64,000 nt of DNA from Eledone cirrhosa (GCA_964016885.1 OZ024743.1:306528001-306592000); one strand, 5' to 3'; shown: positions 25,997 through 38,249, numbered from the stretch's first letter. Translations and numbers: made by a program. Notes: generated by a model from the sequence alone, not told the origin.

Positions 25997-28349
25997 ATAT
26001 TTGGGGAGGGTCATATTTGCGTAATATTGCCAGAATTAATAACAGAACACACTCACTGTTTGGTTGGTTTTCGCTTCTCGCTGTCTTTTATATATATATA
26101 TCTGTGATCTAACTTACTCGGTCCTCAATGTTGCCATTGACTGACCGGCGGTCAAAAATAATACAGATACAATATAGACAAACACATATATATATAGTTT
26201 ACATAAATCTTTCGTTGCACATCTGCAACATCGTCAGTGGTGTTATATTCATTGTTCCTCCTGTTGTGTTGTATGTCTACGCCATTTTTTTTTTGTTCAG
26301 TCTGTCTATATATTTATTTATTTATTTGCTTGTTTGTTTATCTTATTTTATTTTGTCTTCTTTGCGCATGCGTTTGCGTGTGTGTATAGTGTTATGTGTG
26401 ATGTGTGACTAGTGTGTATAGTGTTGTGTCTGCTGGGTGACTAGTGTGTGTTTATGTGCTTGTGTATGTATTTATTTATCTTATTTTATTTAATTTAATT
26501 TACTTATTTATTTATACTTCTCTTAGGTCAGTGTTGTTTGTTTGGGTGTTGTTGTTGTTCCACTCATTCTTTCTGTTTAGCTTTGGTCTTCTAATTTCTA
26601 TTTCACTGGCCTCTCTGATTTGCCTATCTGCTGGGTCATTCCTATGTTTAGATATTATTCTAATTTCTATGTTGTCTATGTTACCGTCATGATGTTGTCT
26701 AGCATGTTCGTATAGTACTGACCCGTTTTTTCGTCCTTTTAGTTCCCCCCAGTGTTGGTCTATCCTTTCACCTATGCTACGAGCTGTCTCACCTATGTAT
26801 GTTGTTGTCGTGTTTCTGCAAGTACCCTCTGTACATCTTATGCTATAGACTACGTTTCTAGTTTTACAGTTTATCCGGGGGTTCACCTTACATATGATAC
26901 ATTTCCTATTGGTACAGTGGGTTTTCTTAAAAGGGTAGGTTTTGCTGATCAGGGATTTTATGGTGGTTCCTGGCTTTTCTACCACCTTTATTTTTAAGTG
27001 GGTCTTTCTCAGGGCCTTTCTACACTGGTTAGCTAATTTCCCTCCAGGGGTGGCGTCCACAAACATGACACTCTGATATCTCTGGTTGTCGTACCATGAT
27101 GTGGCCTTCCCTATCTTATGTCTAGCCCTATCTAAGCTATTCCATGATTTGCTCCTGTATAGTGGGCAAATTCCTTTCATGTCCAGTTCTATGAGGGTCT
27201 TATACTTTTCCATGGCTCCTTCGTATACTCTGACTCTGTCTCTTTGGTTGTAGCCAGAGAACTGCATGCGGTTGATGAAGTGTTGGATGTGTCCTTCCAT
27301 TTCTGTTGGGTCGCACATCAACCGCATGCAGTTCTCTGGCTACAACCAAAGAGACAGAGTCAGAGTATACGAAGGAGCCATGGAAAAGTATAAGACCCTC
27401 ATAGAACTGGACATGAAAGGAATTTGCCCACTATACAGGAGCAAATCATGGAATAGCTTAGATAGGGCTAGACATAAGATAGGGAAGGCCACATCATGGT
27501 ACGACAACCAGAGATATCAGAGTGTCATGTTTGTGGACGCCACCCCTGGAGGGAAATTAGCTAACCAGTGTAGAAAGGCCCTGAGAAAGACCCACTTAAA
27601 AATAAAGGTGGTAGAAAAGCCAGGAACCACCATAAAATCCCTGATCAGCAAAACCTACCCTTTTAAGAAAACCCACTGTACCAATAGGAAATGTATCATA
27701 TGTAAGGTGAACCCCCGGATAAACTGTAAAACTAGAAACGTAGTCTATAGCATAAGATGTACAGAGGGTACTTGCAGAAACACGACAACAACATACATAG
27801 GTGAGACAGCTCGTAGCATAGGTGAAAGGATAGACCAACACTGGGGGGAACTAAAAGGACGAAAAAACGGGTCAGTACTATACGAACATGCTAGACAACA
27901 TCATGACGGTAACATAGACAACATAGAAATTAGAATAATATCTAAACATAGGAATGACCCAGCAGATAGGCAAATCAGAGAGGCCAGTGAAATAGAAATT
28001 AGAAGACCAAAGCTAAACAGAAAGAATGAGTGGAACAACAACAACACCCAAACAAACAACACTGACCTAAGAGAAGTATAAATAAATAAGTAAATTAAAT
28101 TAAATAAAATAAGATAAATAAATACATACACAAGCACATAAACACACACTAGTCACCCAGCAGACACAACACTATACACACTAGTCACACATCACACATA
28201 ACACTATACACACACGCAAACGCATGCGCAAAGAAGACAAAATAAAATAAGATAAACAAACAAGCAAATAAATAAATAAATATATAGACAGACTGAACAA
28301 AAAAAAAATGGCGTAGACATACAACACAACAGGAGGAACAATGAATATA

Positions 28350-28392
28350 ACACCACTGACGATGTTGCAGATGTGCAACGAAAGATTTATGT
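28350..28392 (+). ncRNA. Hammerhead-like core in the pLTR (identical copies at 32484-32526(+) and 26201-26243(-))
   Basis: CA-CTGACGA-T-GTTGCA(GATG)TGCAAC-GAAA-GATT-TA^TG. Strong stem II, wobble-palindromic stem III AGAUUU, but only a 2-bp stem I. Confidence 0.6.
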
Positions 28393-28578
28393 AAACTATA
28401 TATATATGTGTTTGTCTATATTGTATCTGTATTATTTTTGACCGCCGGTCAGTCAATGGCAACATTGAGGACCGAGTAAGTTAGATCACAGATATATATA
28501 TATAAAAGACAGCGAGAAGCGAAAACCAACCAAACAGTGAGTGTGTTCTGTTATTAATTCTGGCAATATTACGCAAAT

Positions 28579-30771
28579 ATGACCCTCCCCAAATATAACA
28601 ATATCTGTTTCGACACACGATTTCATATAAAAAACCTCGCAAAACTAATTCATCGCCGCTATGGCATTAGCTTGTGCCAAGCTGAAAGGTTATTGAAAGA
28701 CACTGTTTTCTGTTATATAAAAACTACAATAACAACAGAACAAATCCGCTTCTTAAAACACTGTGTTTCCTCCAAAACATACACAACAAACATATCAAAA
28801 CAAGTAAATAATTTATTATTGAACAAAACACAAGCTGAACGGCTAAAACACACAATAACAGTTAATATGAAAAGAACAACATACACAAAAGTCAACGCAC
28901 TCTACAGACAAAAACGCATCAACGGTAAGGAAATCCGAAATCTCATCACAGCAAACGAGAGAGATGACTTCATGAGCGTCATCCGACGCGAAACGAAATA
29001 TGCTCAAAACGAATGCTGTAGGCATTTCAAGAAGAAATTAGAATGGATGAATAAGAAAAAACTACAAGAAAGGAAAATCGAATATTCTCAAAAATACCCA
29101 GATAACATCGACAACATCCGTATGAGTGATGTAAAACTACCGGAAGAATTTACCAATGACCACACAGTAAATATCTATGGGAACACTTTAATCAGTGAAC
29201 AAGAACAACAAATCCTAAAGTTACCACCAAAATTTGCCATCTACAAAAAGATTAATCCTATGGAATGCAAAACGGAGCTGGAAAAGTGTTTCACAAAAAT
29301 ACGTTGGAATGCAAAGGTAAACAACAACAACAATAATAACGGTAGTAGTAATATAAACAATAACTCTGGGTATAGAAATAACAGCCATAACCATAACAAT
29401 GGCAGGAAAGTGAGAAATAGTGATAATGGTAATAATACTAGCGATAGACAGAACAACAACAACAACCACAATAATAATAATAATAGAAACGTTAACCACA
29501 GACACAGCAACAGTGACCACAGTAGTAATAACGGTAACAATACGAACAACAACAACAACAATAACCACAGTGGTAATAATGGAAATAGTACATGTAGCAA
29601 CATCAACAAAAACAAGAAACATAATAATAGTAACAACCACAATGGTAGAAATAGCAGTAACAACAACAACAATAACGGTGAAGTAAACAACAATACATCT
29701 AGCAATCATAACAATAATAATATTAATGCTAAGGATAGAAACAACAACAACCACCATGATAACAATAATAGCAACACACACAACTATGACGATAGAAATA
29801 ACGACAACCCCTTAGAGAAACTATTTTTCAACCCAGCTGACAAAACATATAAGATGGGTAATATCTATCCTACGAGGTTACCCTTTAATAAAAGAGTTTG
29901 CATACCACAACAAATAGATGACGAGACGGAGGCACAGTTCACCATAGCTAGAAATAAGATTAGACAAGTAGTAGACAGGTACACTATGAGACAGAGCAGA
30001 CCAGAGGCCCAACAACTTGGGATAAAACCTGTAGAAGGCTTGGTTAGCCTCAAGCAGCGCACAAGGGATGGTGAGGTAGTGTGTCTACCCACAGATAAGT
30101 CTGGTAGGATGTCAATAGATAGCATGCCGAACTACATCGAGGCAATGCAACCCCACATCACCAACACGAGCGAAGTTGCACAACTAACACACGATGGGAG
30201 AGAAAAAATCCTCAACGCTCACATGATGATGTGGACTGACATCCTAAAGCCAAGCAGACGCACTGCCAACAACTTCCAGGCGTCTAACAATGGCATACCA
30301 CCCTTGTATGGGCTCCGCAAAGACCACAAGACAGTCGACGACCCGACAATAGGACCACCAACAAGACCTGTATGCGGAGCTAATATAGCTAGCAACTACA
30401 GGATCTCCTACTTCCTCTCAATGGTTATACGCCCCATAATCAAGATGTCCCCAGATGTATGTGAAAGTACAGAGGACCTCCTCAGCAGAATCAGTGAGTG
30501 CAACAAAAACAGGAGCCTATCCAACTGCATAATAGGCAGCATGGATGTGGTGTCACTGTACCCATCCATTAACATTGATTTTGCTGTGAAAAGATGTGTG
30601 GAGATGATCATTGAGAGTGAGGTGGAGTTCTGCGACGTCGACACAGACGAACTGGGCCTCCTACTTAGACTTACCTACGACACTGACTACCTAGACAGCC
30701 ATGACCTTAGATGTTTCTGCCCTAGTAGACCTATAAGAGGTAGACCCCCCCACCATAACCTCAATGGCTAA
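28579..30771 (+). CDS. PLE polyprotein, N-terminal part: N-terminal domain, Asn-rich insert and RT fingers to motif A
   Basis: LKLPPKF, VCLPTDKSGRM, PPLYGLRKDHK, PPTRPVC, GSMDVVSLYPSI. Confidence 0.9.
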   Translation: MTLPKYNNICFDTRFHIKNLAKLIHRRYGISLCQAERLLKDTVFCYIKTTITTEQIRFLKHCVSSKTYTTNISKQVNNLLLNKTQAERLKHTITVNMKRTTYTKVNALYRQKRINGKEIRNLITANERDDFMSVIRRETKYAQNECCRHFKKKLEWMNKKKLQERKIEYSQKYPDNIDNIRMSDVKLPEEFTNDHTVNIYGNTLISEQEQQILKLPPKFAIYKKINPMECKTELEKCFTKIRWNAKVNNNNNNNGSSNINNNSGYRNNSHNHNNGRKVRNSDNGNNTSDRQNNNNNHNNNNNRNVNHRHSNSDHSSNNGNNTNNNNNNNHSGNNGNSTCSNINKNKKHNNSNNHNGRNSSNNNNNNGEVNNNTSSNHNNNNINAKDRNNNNHHDNNNSNTHNYDDRNNDNPLEKLFFNPADKTYKMGNIYPTRLPFNKRVCIPQQIDDETEAQFTIARNKIRQVVDRYTMRQSRPEAQQLGIKPVEGLVSLKQRTRDGEVVCLPTDKSGRMSIDSMPNYIEAMQPHITNTSEVAQLTHDGREKILNAHMMMWTDILKPSRRTANNFQASNNGIPPLYGLRKDHKTVDDPTIGPPTRPVCGANIASNYRISYFLSMVIRPIIKMSPDVCESTEDLLSRISECNKNRSLSNCIIGSMDVVSLYPSINIDFAVKRCVEMIIESEVEFCDVDTDELGLLLRLTYDTDYLDSHDLRCFCPSRPIRGRPPHHNLNG

Positions 30772-32215
30772 AAAGACTCCCATAGGAAGGTGGATTGGGT
30801 GGACCAAAGCTATACGGACCCCCCAAAACACTGATCAGGTAAGAAAAATGGTCGCACATGCAATAGGGGCTAGTATCAAAACTACCCTAAAGGGCCACAT
30901 ATTTAAGTTCAATGAGAAAATCTACACCCAAAATGAGGGAGCAGCCATCGGCGTCAGCATAGCTGGCGATGTTGCCAACCTTTTCATGGTATGGTGGGAA
31001 AGGAGACTTAAAGATCTCCTTAATGAAAGCTCCATAGACCTCATCATGTACTCTCGTTATGTAGACGATATCAATATAGTTATAAGAACACCCCCACTAG
31101 AGAGCACTAACAAGTTTGATTTAGAACGTAGCACGATGGAAAGCATCCAGCAGATAGCTAATTCCATACACCAGAGTATAACTGTAACTATAGACTTCCC
31201 TTCCAAACACCCTAACAATAGACTACCTGTATTAGACACAGAACTCTGGATCAACACTATAGACGAGAGAGCCCAAATTCTCCACTCACACTATGCTAAA
31301 CCCATGGCCTCCAAATACCTGATACTCAAAAACTCAGCAATGTCCAGTAGTGCTAAGTTTAATATTCTGATCGCAGATTTGGTACGAGTGATGAAGAATG
31401 TGTCCAGCATGTGCGACCCAACAGAAATGGAAGGACACATCCAACACTTCATCAACCGCATGCAGTTCTCTGGCTACAACCAAAGAGACAGAGTCAGAGT
31501 ATACGAAGGAGCCATGGAAAAGTATAAGACCCTCATAGAACTGGACATGAAAGGAATTTGCCCACTATACAGGAGCAAATCATGGAATAGCTTAGATAGG
31601 GCTAGACATAAGATAGGGAAGGCCACATCATGGTACGACAACCAGAGATATCAGAGTGTCATGTTTGTGGACGCCACCCCTGGAGGAAAATTAGCTAACC
31701 AGTGTAGAAAGGCCCTGAGAAAGACCCACTTAAAAATAAAGGTGGTAGAAAAGCCAGGAACCACCATAAAATCCCTGATCAGCAAAACCTACCCTTTTAA
31801 GAAAACCCACTGTACCAATAGGAAATGTATCATATGTAAGGTGAACCCCCGGATAAACTGTAAAACTAGAAACGTAGTCTATAGCATAAGATGTACAGAG
31901 GGTACTTGCAGAAACACGACAACAACATACATAGGTGAGACAGCTCGTAGCATAGGTGAAAGGATAGACCAACACTGGGGGGAACTAAAAGGACGAAAAA
32001 ACGGGTCAGTACTATACGAACATGCTAGACAACATCATGACGGTAACATAGACAACATAGAAATTAGAATAATATCTAAACATAGGAATGACCCAGCAGA
32101 TAGGCAAATCAGAGAGGCCAGTGAAATAGAAATTAGAAGACCAAAGCTAAACAGAAAGAATGAGTGGAACAACAACAACACCCAAACAAACAACACTGAC
32201 CTAAGAGAAGTATAA
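30764..32215 (+). CDS. PLE polyprotein, C-terminal part: RT motifs B/C, thumb and GIY-YIG endonuclease
   Basis: YTQNEGAAIG, YSRYVDD, LPVLD, CTNRKCIIC, VVYSIRC..TYIGETAR, RQIREA..PKLN. Joins the upstream ORF if one C of C7 (30745-30751) is removed. Confidence 0.93.
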   Translation: MAKKTPIGRWIGWTKAIRTPQNTDQVRKMVAHAIGASIKTTLKGHIFKFNEKIYTQNEGAAIGVSIAGDVANLFMVWWERRLKDLLNESSIDLIMYSRYVDDINIVIRTPPLESTNKFDLERSTMESIQQIANSIHQSITVTIDFPSKHPNNRLPVLDTELWINTIDERAQILHSHYAKPMASKYLILKNSAMSSSAKFNILIADLVRVMKNVSSMCDPTEMEGHIQHFINRMQFSGYNQRDRVRVYEGAMEKYKTLIELDMKGICPLYRSKSWNSLDRARHKIGKATSWYDNQRYQSVMFVDATPGGKLANQCRKALRKTHLKIKVVEKPGTTIKSLISKTYPFKKTHCTNRKCIICKVNPRINCKTRNVVYSIRCTEGTCRNTTTTYIGETARSIGERIDQHWGELKGRKNGSVLYEHARQHHDGNIDNIEIRIISKHRNDPADRQIREASEIEIRRPKLNRKNEWNNNNTQTNNTDLREV

Positions 32216-32793
32216 ATAAATAAGTAAATTAAATTAAATAAAATAAGATAAATAAATACATACACAAGCACATAAACACACACTAGTCACCCAGCAGACA
32301 CAACACTATACACACTAGTCACACATCACACATAACACTATACACACACGCAAACGCATGCGCAAAGAAGACAAAATAAAATAAGATAAACAAACAAGCA
32401 AATAAATAAATAAATATATAGACAGACTGAACAAAAAAAAAATGGCGTAGACATACAACACAACAGGAGGAACAATGAATATAACACCACTGACGATGTT
32501 GCAGATGTGCAACGAAAGATTTATGTAAACTATATATATATGTGTTTGTCTATATTGTATCTGTATTATTTTTGACCGCCGGTCAGTCAATGGCAACATT
32601 GAGGACCGAGTAAGTTAGATCACAGATATATATATATAAAAGACAGCGAGAAGCGAAAACCAACCAAACAGTGAGTGTGTTCTGTTATTAATTCTGGCAA
32701 TATTACGCAAATATGACCCTCCCCAAATATAACAATATCTGTTTCGACACACGATTTCATATAAAAAACCTCGCAAAACTAATTCATCGCCGC

Positions 32794-32824
<31 letters not shown>

Positions 32825-32871
32825 TAAAAGAGAAAACAGAGGTAAGCATTAAGAGAAGGATTTTATCCAGG

Positions 32872-32973
32872 TATTTACGACCGTTTCATTGGTGAGTGCA
32901 ACCTTATATTACTATACTGCAAATAGCAGCCACTCATTTATAATTGTTGTTCACAGTCCAAATTTTCAAAATA
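32872..32973 (-). ncRNA. Variant hammerhead (UUGAAAA core) with ~65-nt loop-II insertion
   Basis: TATT-TTGAAAA-T-TTGG..CCAA-T-GAAA-CGGTCG-TA^AATA on the minus strand. Confidence 0.6.
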
Positions 32974-33543
32974 GTAAGTTAATCTTGAAATAATTCTTAA
33001 TATATAGAGAAAAACATTTATTTGGAATTGTATTTACTAGTACAGAGAGAGAGGAATCAGAAGGTGAGGGGACAGACGGAATAGTATAGAGAGAGAGGAG
33101 GGGGGAAGAGGTAGGAAGTAGAGTGACAACCTGAGATGGAGGGAGGGGTAGAGGTGGAAGGATTCCTTGGTCAGTTTTGATAGCAGACTTCATGTCGTGG
33201 AATGTAGTGAGTTAAAGAGAATTAAATTCATCATAGTGGGAGGGATGGATAGAGAGGGAGAGAGAGAGGGGGGGGAGATATAAAGAGATAAATATATATA
33301 TATATAAAAAATAAAGATAAAGATAATAATGACAAAAATAAAAGCAAAGAAGGGGGTGAGAAAGAAGAAAAGAAAAGATAGCCAAGAAGAGGAGGGAAGG
33401 AAGGAAGAAAACGAAGAAATAGAAGAGGAATGATGGAGAAGAGGGGGATATATGTATTGGTTTTGTGGGTAATTAAAGGGTTTAGATACAACAAGAGGGT
33501 ATAAAGTCTAAGTATATGCAGTTTGTCAGTTGGTAGTAAGAGG

Positions 33544-35536
33544 TTAAGGGTTCGATTTGTAGTGCGAAAACTTCTCTTTGAGTCTATGGTTACAATAAAT
33601 TGATCTCTCGATTTTATTGTTGAGTAACTTATTCTTCGAACTTAAGATGTGGAACAGCTCAAGGTCGCATAATCGACAGCTTCTCATACCACTCCGATAT
33701 GGGGGCGCGTTCGATAATTTGTTCCACTTCAGGGTGTATTGATGGTTACTTTCCCCTCAGTTGCCAGGTCTTGTTTGCAAGGGTAGTTACATAACGGTGC
33801 TGGGAATGTTTCATTGCGTAACGGTGTGTATACCAACGGGCTTTAAATATATTCCCAGTCGCTCCGATGTAATACCATTTCTGGTTGTCTGATTCCACTG
33901 TGCATTGGTAAACCAGGTTAGACTACATACATTCATTATGTAATGGACAGGTTTCAGGTAGGTAGCAGTTACAGTTCTTGTCATGGGCAACTTTGGCATT
34001 ATTTGTGGGCTGCGATGCCTGTACAAGTGTGTTACGTTTTGTTTGCCTATTAGCGGGTGGTTGTGTATTAGATATTCTGTTGTGTTCGGTGGTGATTGTA
34101 TTGTTATTGTTGTAAATTTGTGTTTTGGTGTTGTTATGTATCTTTTTAGCGTTAAGCATCTTAATGTGTGCCTCTATATTTGGTGCCGTGGAGTAAGATA
34201 GTCTAATATATTTAGTGTTAAGGATTTTGCTGTATCTATGTGAATCTGGAAAGTGCTTATTTATTATTCTAAAGAAGGTAGAGGGTAGGTTAGTACTAAT
34301 AGAGGTGTTAAATATGGGGTTATACCAAATATATTTTCTACTGCGTGACTTGTTTGATTTCGATGTTGTATTTCTATTTACCGTATAATTTGTAGTTCTA
34401 TGCGTAAGTGCGTGTGTGCGTGTGTTTCTGGAGTTTGTGTTATGCGTGTTCGTGTGCGCTTCACGGAAGCTTTCATCTATATATTCTACTCTATCTAAGT
34501 GGCCTGCCTTGTCTAATGCGGTATTGTAGTATTCTGCATGTTCTTCGAAGATTTGTCGGTTAGACGAGAGGCGGGAGATCCTAAGGGATATGCTGCGTGG
34601 AATGGATTTAATTATGGATAGTGGGTGGTTTGAGTTACAGTTGATGTATGCTAAGTTTTCATTAATCTTGTGAAAAGGTCTTATAAGTCCCGTATTTAGG
34701 TTAAGCGTCACGTCTAGAAAGTTAACTGTTTTAGTGCTATACTCATACGTTATGCTAAGGCCTAGTTTTCCGAGAGTCTTTCTAATATTCTTACGGAGTC
34801 TTTCTATGCTCTGGTTATTTAGGTTCTTAACTAGGAGAAGGGCGTCGTCTCTGTAGATTCCACCGTGAAGGTCGCTAAACTCACTTTGTAAACTATGGGC
34901 TATGTAAATACCTACTAAATCTGTGACTTGAGCCGAGTCGTTAGCCCCCATCGTGATGTCAAAGTTATTTAATCTATCCTTACGTTCCCAATAGGCGTTT
35001 TCAAATTTAATTATTGTTTTCCTAGCAGCTAATATGATTTTTATCTCGTCGTCTGTTATGTCAGGATTGGCTTTGGCGAATGCTAAGGCTTTATCCAAGG
35101 TGTTGGGGGATATAGATGAGTAATAATCGTTAATGTCAAATTGTATAAATTTAGATACTTCTTTGTTAGCTATATTGTTAAACCACTTAATTGTTTCGGT
35201 AGCGTTACCCCATAGTTTAATCACTAGTTTATTCTTCATTTGTGCTATCACTCTGTCTAATATATGTTTACTAATTTTCCCGATGTCCAATTTGGACGGG
35301 TATATAAGTCTAATTGTGGGGTTATAATCAAAATTTACCTTGTGGTCTTTGAGGTTAAATGTGGGGGTACATGGCCTAAGTGGCTCCGTTCTGTCGTCTA
35401 TTCCTAGGTGTTTGACTATACTGTGTGCCTCGTTGTTGATGTTTATCAGTGCCGCCTCATTTGTTTTTTTGTATTTCCTATGTAATTCCTTCCGTATGAA
35501 GCTATTGTATGTATTAACATCCATCGTGAACAACAA
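33544..35536 (-). pseudogene. PLE RT plus GIY-YIG with an in-frame TAG (33923) and a later frameshift
   Basis: LKDHK, FIQFDINDYYSSI, FDITMGANDSAQVTDLVG, GIYRDD, VNFLDV, CPL..C*SNLVYQC..YYIGAT..W, then CRLCDLE..LLN..IYCNHR in another frame. Confidence 0.9.
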
Positions 35537-35892
35537 TTATAATTGAGTGGCTGCTATTTGCAGTATAGCAATATAAGGTTGCACTTACCAATGAAACGGT
35601 CGTAAATACCTGGATAAAATCCTTTTCTAAACGCTTACCTGTGTTTTCTCTTTTATACTTTATACTCCAAGATTGAACGGAATTCTTACAAACTTGTGGA
35701 GTTACCCCTAACCGTACGTTGAAACCATCCTTGAAACTGGCTTTCTTAACCAAAAACTGGATCACAATAAGCAATGTTTTGCTTCTCTAACTATATATAT
35801 ATCAAAATTATGGGTGTCATGCCAGAAAGACATGCGCCATATCACCCGCAAAATAAGCTCTAAGATTCTAACGAGTAGGTCCGAGCATTTTA

Positions 35893-35980
35893 TAATAACT
35901 AGAGATTGATTAACATATAAATAAACAGGAATAATCACAGGAGATTATTCATGTTTATTTATATGTTAATCAATCTCTAG

Positions 35981-35985
<5 letters not shown>
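35893..35985. repeat. Fold-back hairpin abutting (TA)n
   Basis: ATAACTAGAGATTGATTAACATATAAATAAACA..TGTTTATTTATATGTTAATCAATCTCTAGTTAT. Confidence 0.85.
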
Positions 35986-36051
<66 letters not shown>

Positions 36052-36683
36052 AATATAGATTAAGCGAGAATCGCATTTCGGCGGGTAGGAAAGGCGAAAC
36101 GAAACGCAAAAATCATAAATGACACAGGCAAAGTGCTCAATAGTTAACCAGAGCTAAACAATATGTTAAGAAGCCATACAAAACTGAAAAAGTGGTCAAG
36201 AAAGCATCAACCACCTAAGCGAAAAAGCAAATCAAGCTAAACAGGTCAAAACAAAATAAATGATAAAAAATAAATGATAAAACCTGACCTGGACCCCTTG
36301 GAATTGCTATTAAAATCCGAATGCAGGTTTTCTATGACACCTAAATCAAAGTACTGTCTGCTTAAAAATATAAGCTTTAGGTATAATGATCGAACAAAGA
36401 ATATCACGTTATCAACAGGTATCTTGCTCCGTACCAAATTTGTGAGTGACACAGAGGCAAGTTAAACCACGTGTGGAAATCACAAGGGGAAATAACCCCA
36501 GATTTTGGCAAAAGAAATCAGTAAGTGTATATCATGCAAAAAATTGCATAAATAGCACAAATCGAATAAGTTCTCAACCGGGTGGTTTTTAAAATAAACT
36601 TATACAATTAACCTGTCAATAAAAATTATTAACAAGTTAATTGTAAGACACGGGAGATTAATACAAATATAGATTCAGCGAGA

Positions 36684-36788
36684 TGCAAGCATGTCAGAGG
36701 TCAGATTAGTTGAAAACACACGAAACACATTAATAATTATCAATTTCATTTAGTGTCATTGGAGGTCACCTAAAAAACAAATACAATT

Positions 36789-36829
<41 letters not shown>

Positions 36830-36933
36830 ATTGTATTTGTTTCTTAGGTGACCTCCAATGACACTAAATGAAATTGATAATTATTAATGTTTTTCGTGTG
36901 TTTTCAACTAATCTGACCTCTGACATGCTTGCA
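36684..36933. repeat. ~110-bp-arm inverted repeat centred on (TA)n (head-to-head Helitron-like 5' ends)
   Basis: TGCAAGCATG...ATACAATTCTTTT-(TA)n-AAAGAATTGTAT...CATGCTTGCA. Confidence 0.8.
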
Positions 36934-37294
36934 ATGCACTTTTTCACCGAAAACGGAATAGAGGGTGAGGTGGGGTCTCTCGAACATTCCCGGCAATTTT
37001 TTTAGTGAAAATGTTTTTTCTTTTTTATGTTTTTCCTTTCTTTTCGACCGATCTGACATCCGATTCACGCGCCGACGACTCCTTTTTTCCGAAAACGGAG
37101 GTGGAGAGGGAGGGGGCTTCGGAGTTACAGGTAAACACTTCTCAGGCGTATGAATCTAAAGAAAAGCACCCGCAGGGGAGCACGAAGAATTTTTTTTTTC
37201 CTAGGTTATTTTCGTATGTATTCAGCCCTCTTACTTTCGACATGCTCGCAATTGCCCACTTTTTCCCGAAAACAGAATAGGTGGGACGGCTGAA

Positions 37295-37460
37295 GGAGTA
37301 ACTATAAATTATATGTGCAAATACGTTAATAAGAGTTCTGATGCTACCATGTTTGCGCTACAACAACGGAATATTTCCGACCAGGTGATCAACACGGTCG
37401 ATATATCAACAGTAACGAAGCATTCTAGCGCATTTTTGGATTTCCAATGCAGGCCCATTA
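37295..37460 (+). pseudogene. Helitron RepHel remnant
   Basis: INYMCKYVNKSSD and, frameshifted, GRYINSNEAF*RIFGFPM resemble the conserved Helitron Rep-region motifs KYICKYVNKGSD and RYISSNEAxWRIFxF. Confidence 0.75.
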
Positions 37461-37689
37461 CCCACCGGTGTAAAAATTCGAAAATAACAGCTAGTGTATT
37501 TTCAGTCTAAAATGAAGCCCAACAAGCGATGACACCAAGAAAGACAGCTTGTTAGCATCTTTTGTAGGTTGAGCCAACTTATGCAGCTTCATATGCAAAT
37601 GAAATTAATCACCTCATTTACACAGACGATAAAACTATATATTCTCGGCTGTTTTCAAGTCCAGCAGTCGCAGAGCATTGGGAGGGATC

Positions 37690-37727
37690 GTCCTGACGAT
37701 GGCCAGTCAAGCCAGAAATGCATAGAC
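37690..37727 (+). ncRNA. Minimal type I hammerhead
   Basis: GTC-CTGACGA-TGGC(CAGTCAA)GCCA-GAAA-TGCA-TA^GAC, with palindromic stem III ATGCAT. Confidence 0.82.
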
Positions 37728-38142
37728 CGTTGTCCCCCTTGCTTCTGCTGGACAACACCAGAGGGCGTTAGCCCCCCGGTGTTCGCATAGCTACGGCTTC
37801 CTAAAATCGTATTTCTTTCGAAATACGAAATTTCTATACATATTGTATAAAGCTATGCTTGAAGCGAAATCCTATTTCTATATATATATATATAAACAAA
37901 TGTCCCGCCAGACCTTTCGTCTCCCCATGGTAACCAACTTATCAAAATTCATGACATTCTATGTCCATATATAAATATCTATATGAACTAATCATCGACA
38001 TATATGCACATATTAATCTGTTTCGTTTTCAAATTTCCACTTGTAACTAATATATGCATGTTTTCATGCTTCTGTACGCATATACATATATATATATGCG
38101 TGCCCACATACACACACACACGTGTATATATATATATACATA

Positions 38143-38249
<107 letters not shown>

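Larger units (their letters stand above)
32820..35790 (-). mobile_element. 5'-truncated Penelope-like element (second subgroup) with inverted pLTR
   Basis: RT/GIY-YIG pseudo-ORF at 33544-35536. 32821-32954 is approximately the reverse complement of 35526-35659. TA flanks. Confidence 0.9.

Noticed and set aside
26512-28081. Two 271-aa ORFs as independent GIY-YIG genes
   Set aside because: They are the ORF 3' portion carried in the inverted and tandem pLTR copies, with N-termini created by the inversion junction.
33923-33925. In-frame stop as possible recoding (selenocysteine, as in some Naiad PLEs)
   Set aside because: The codon is TAG rather than TGA, and a frameshift follows, consistent with decay.
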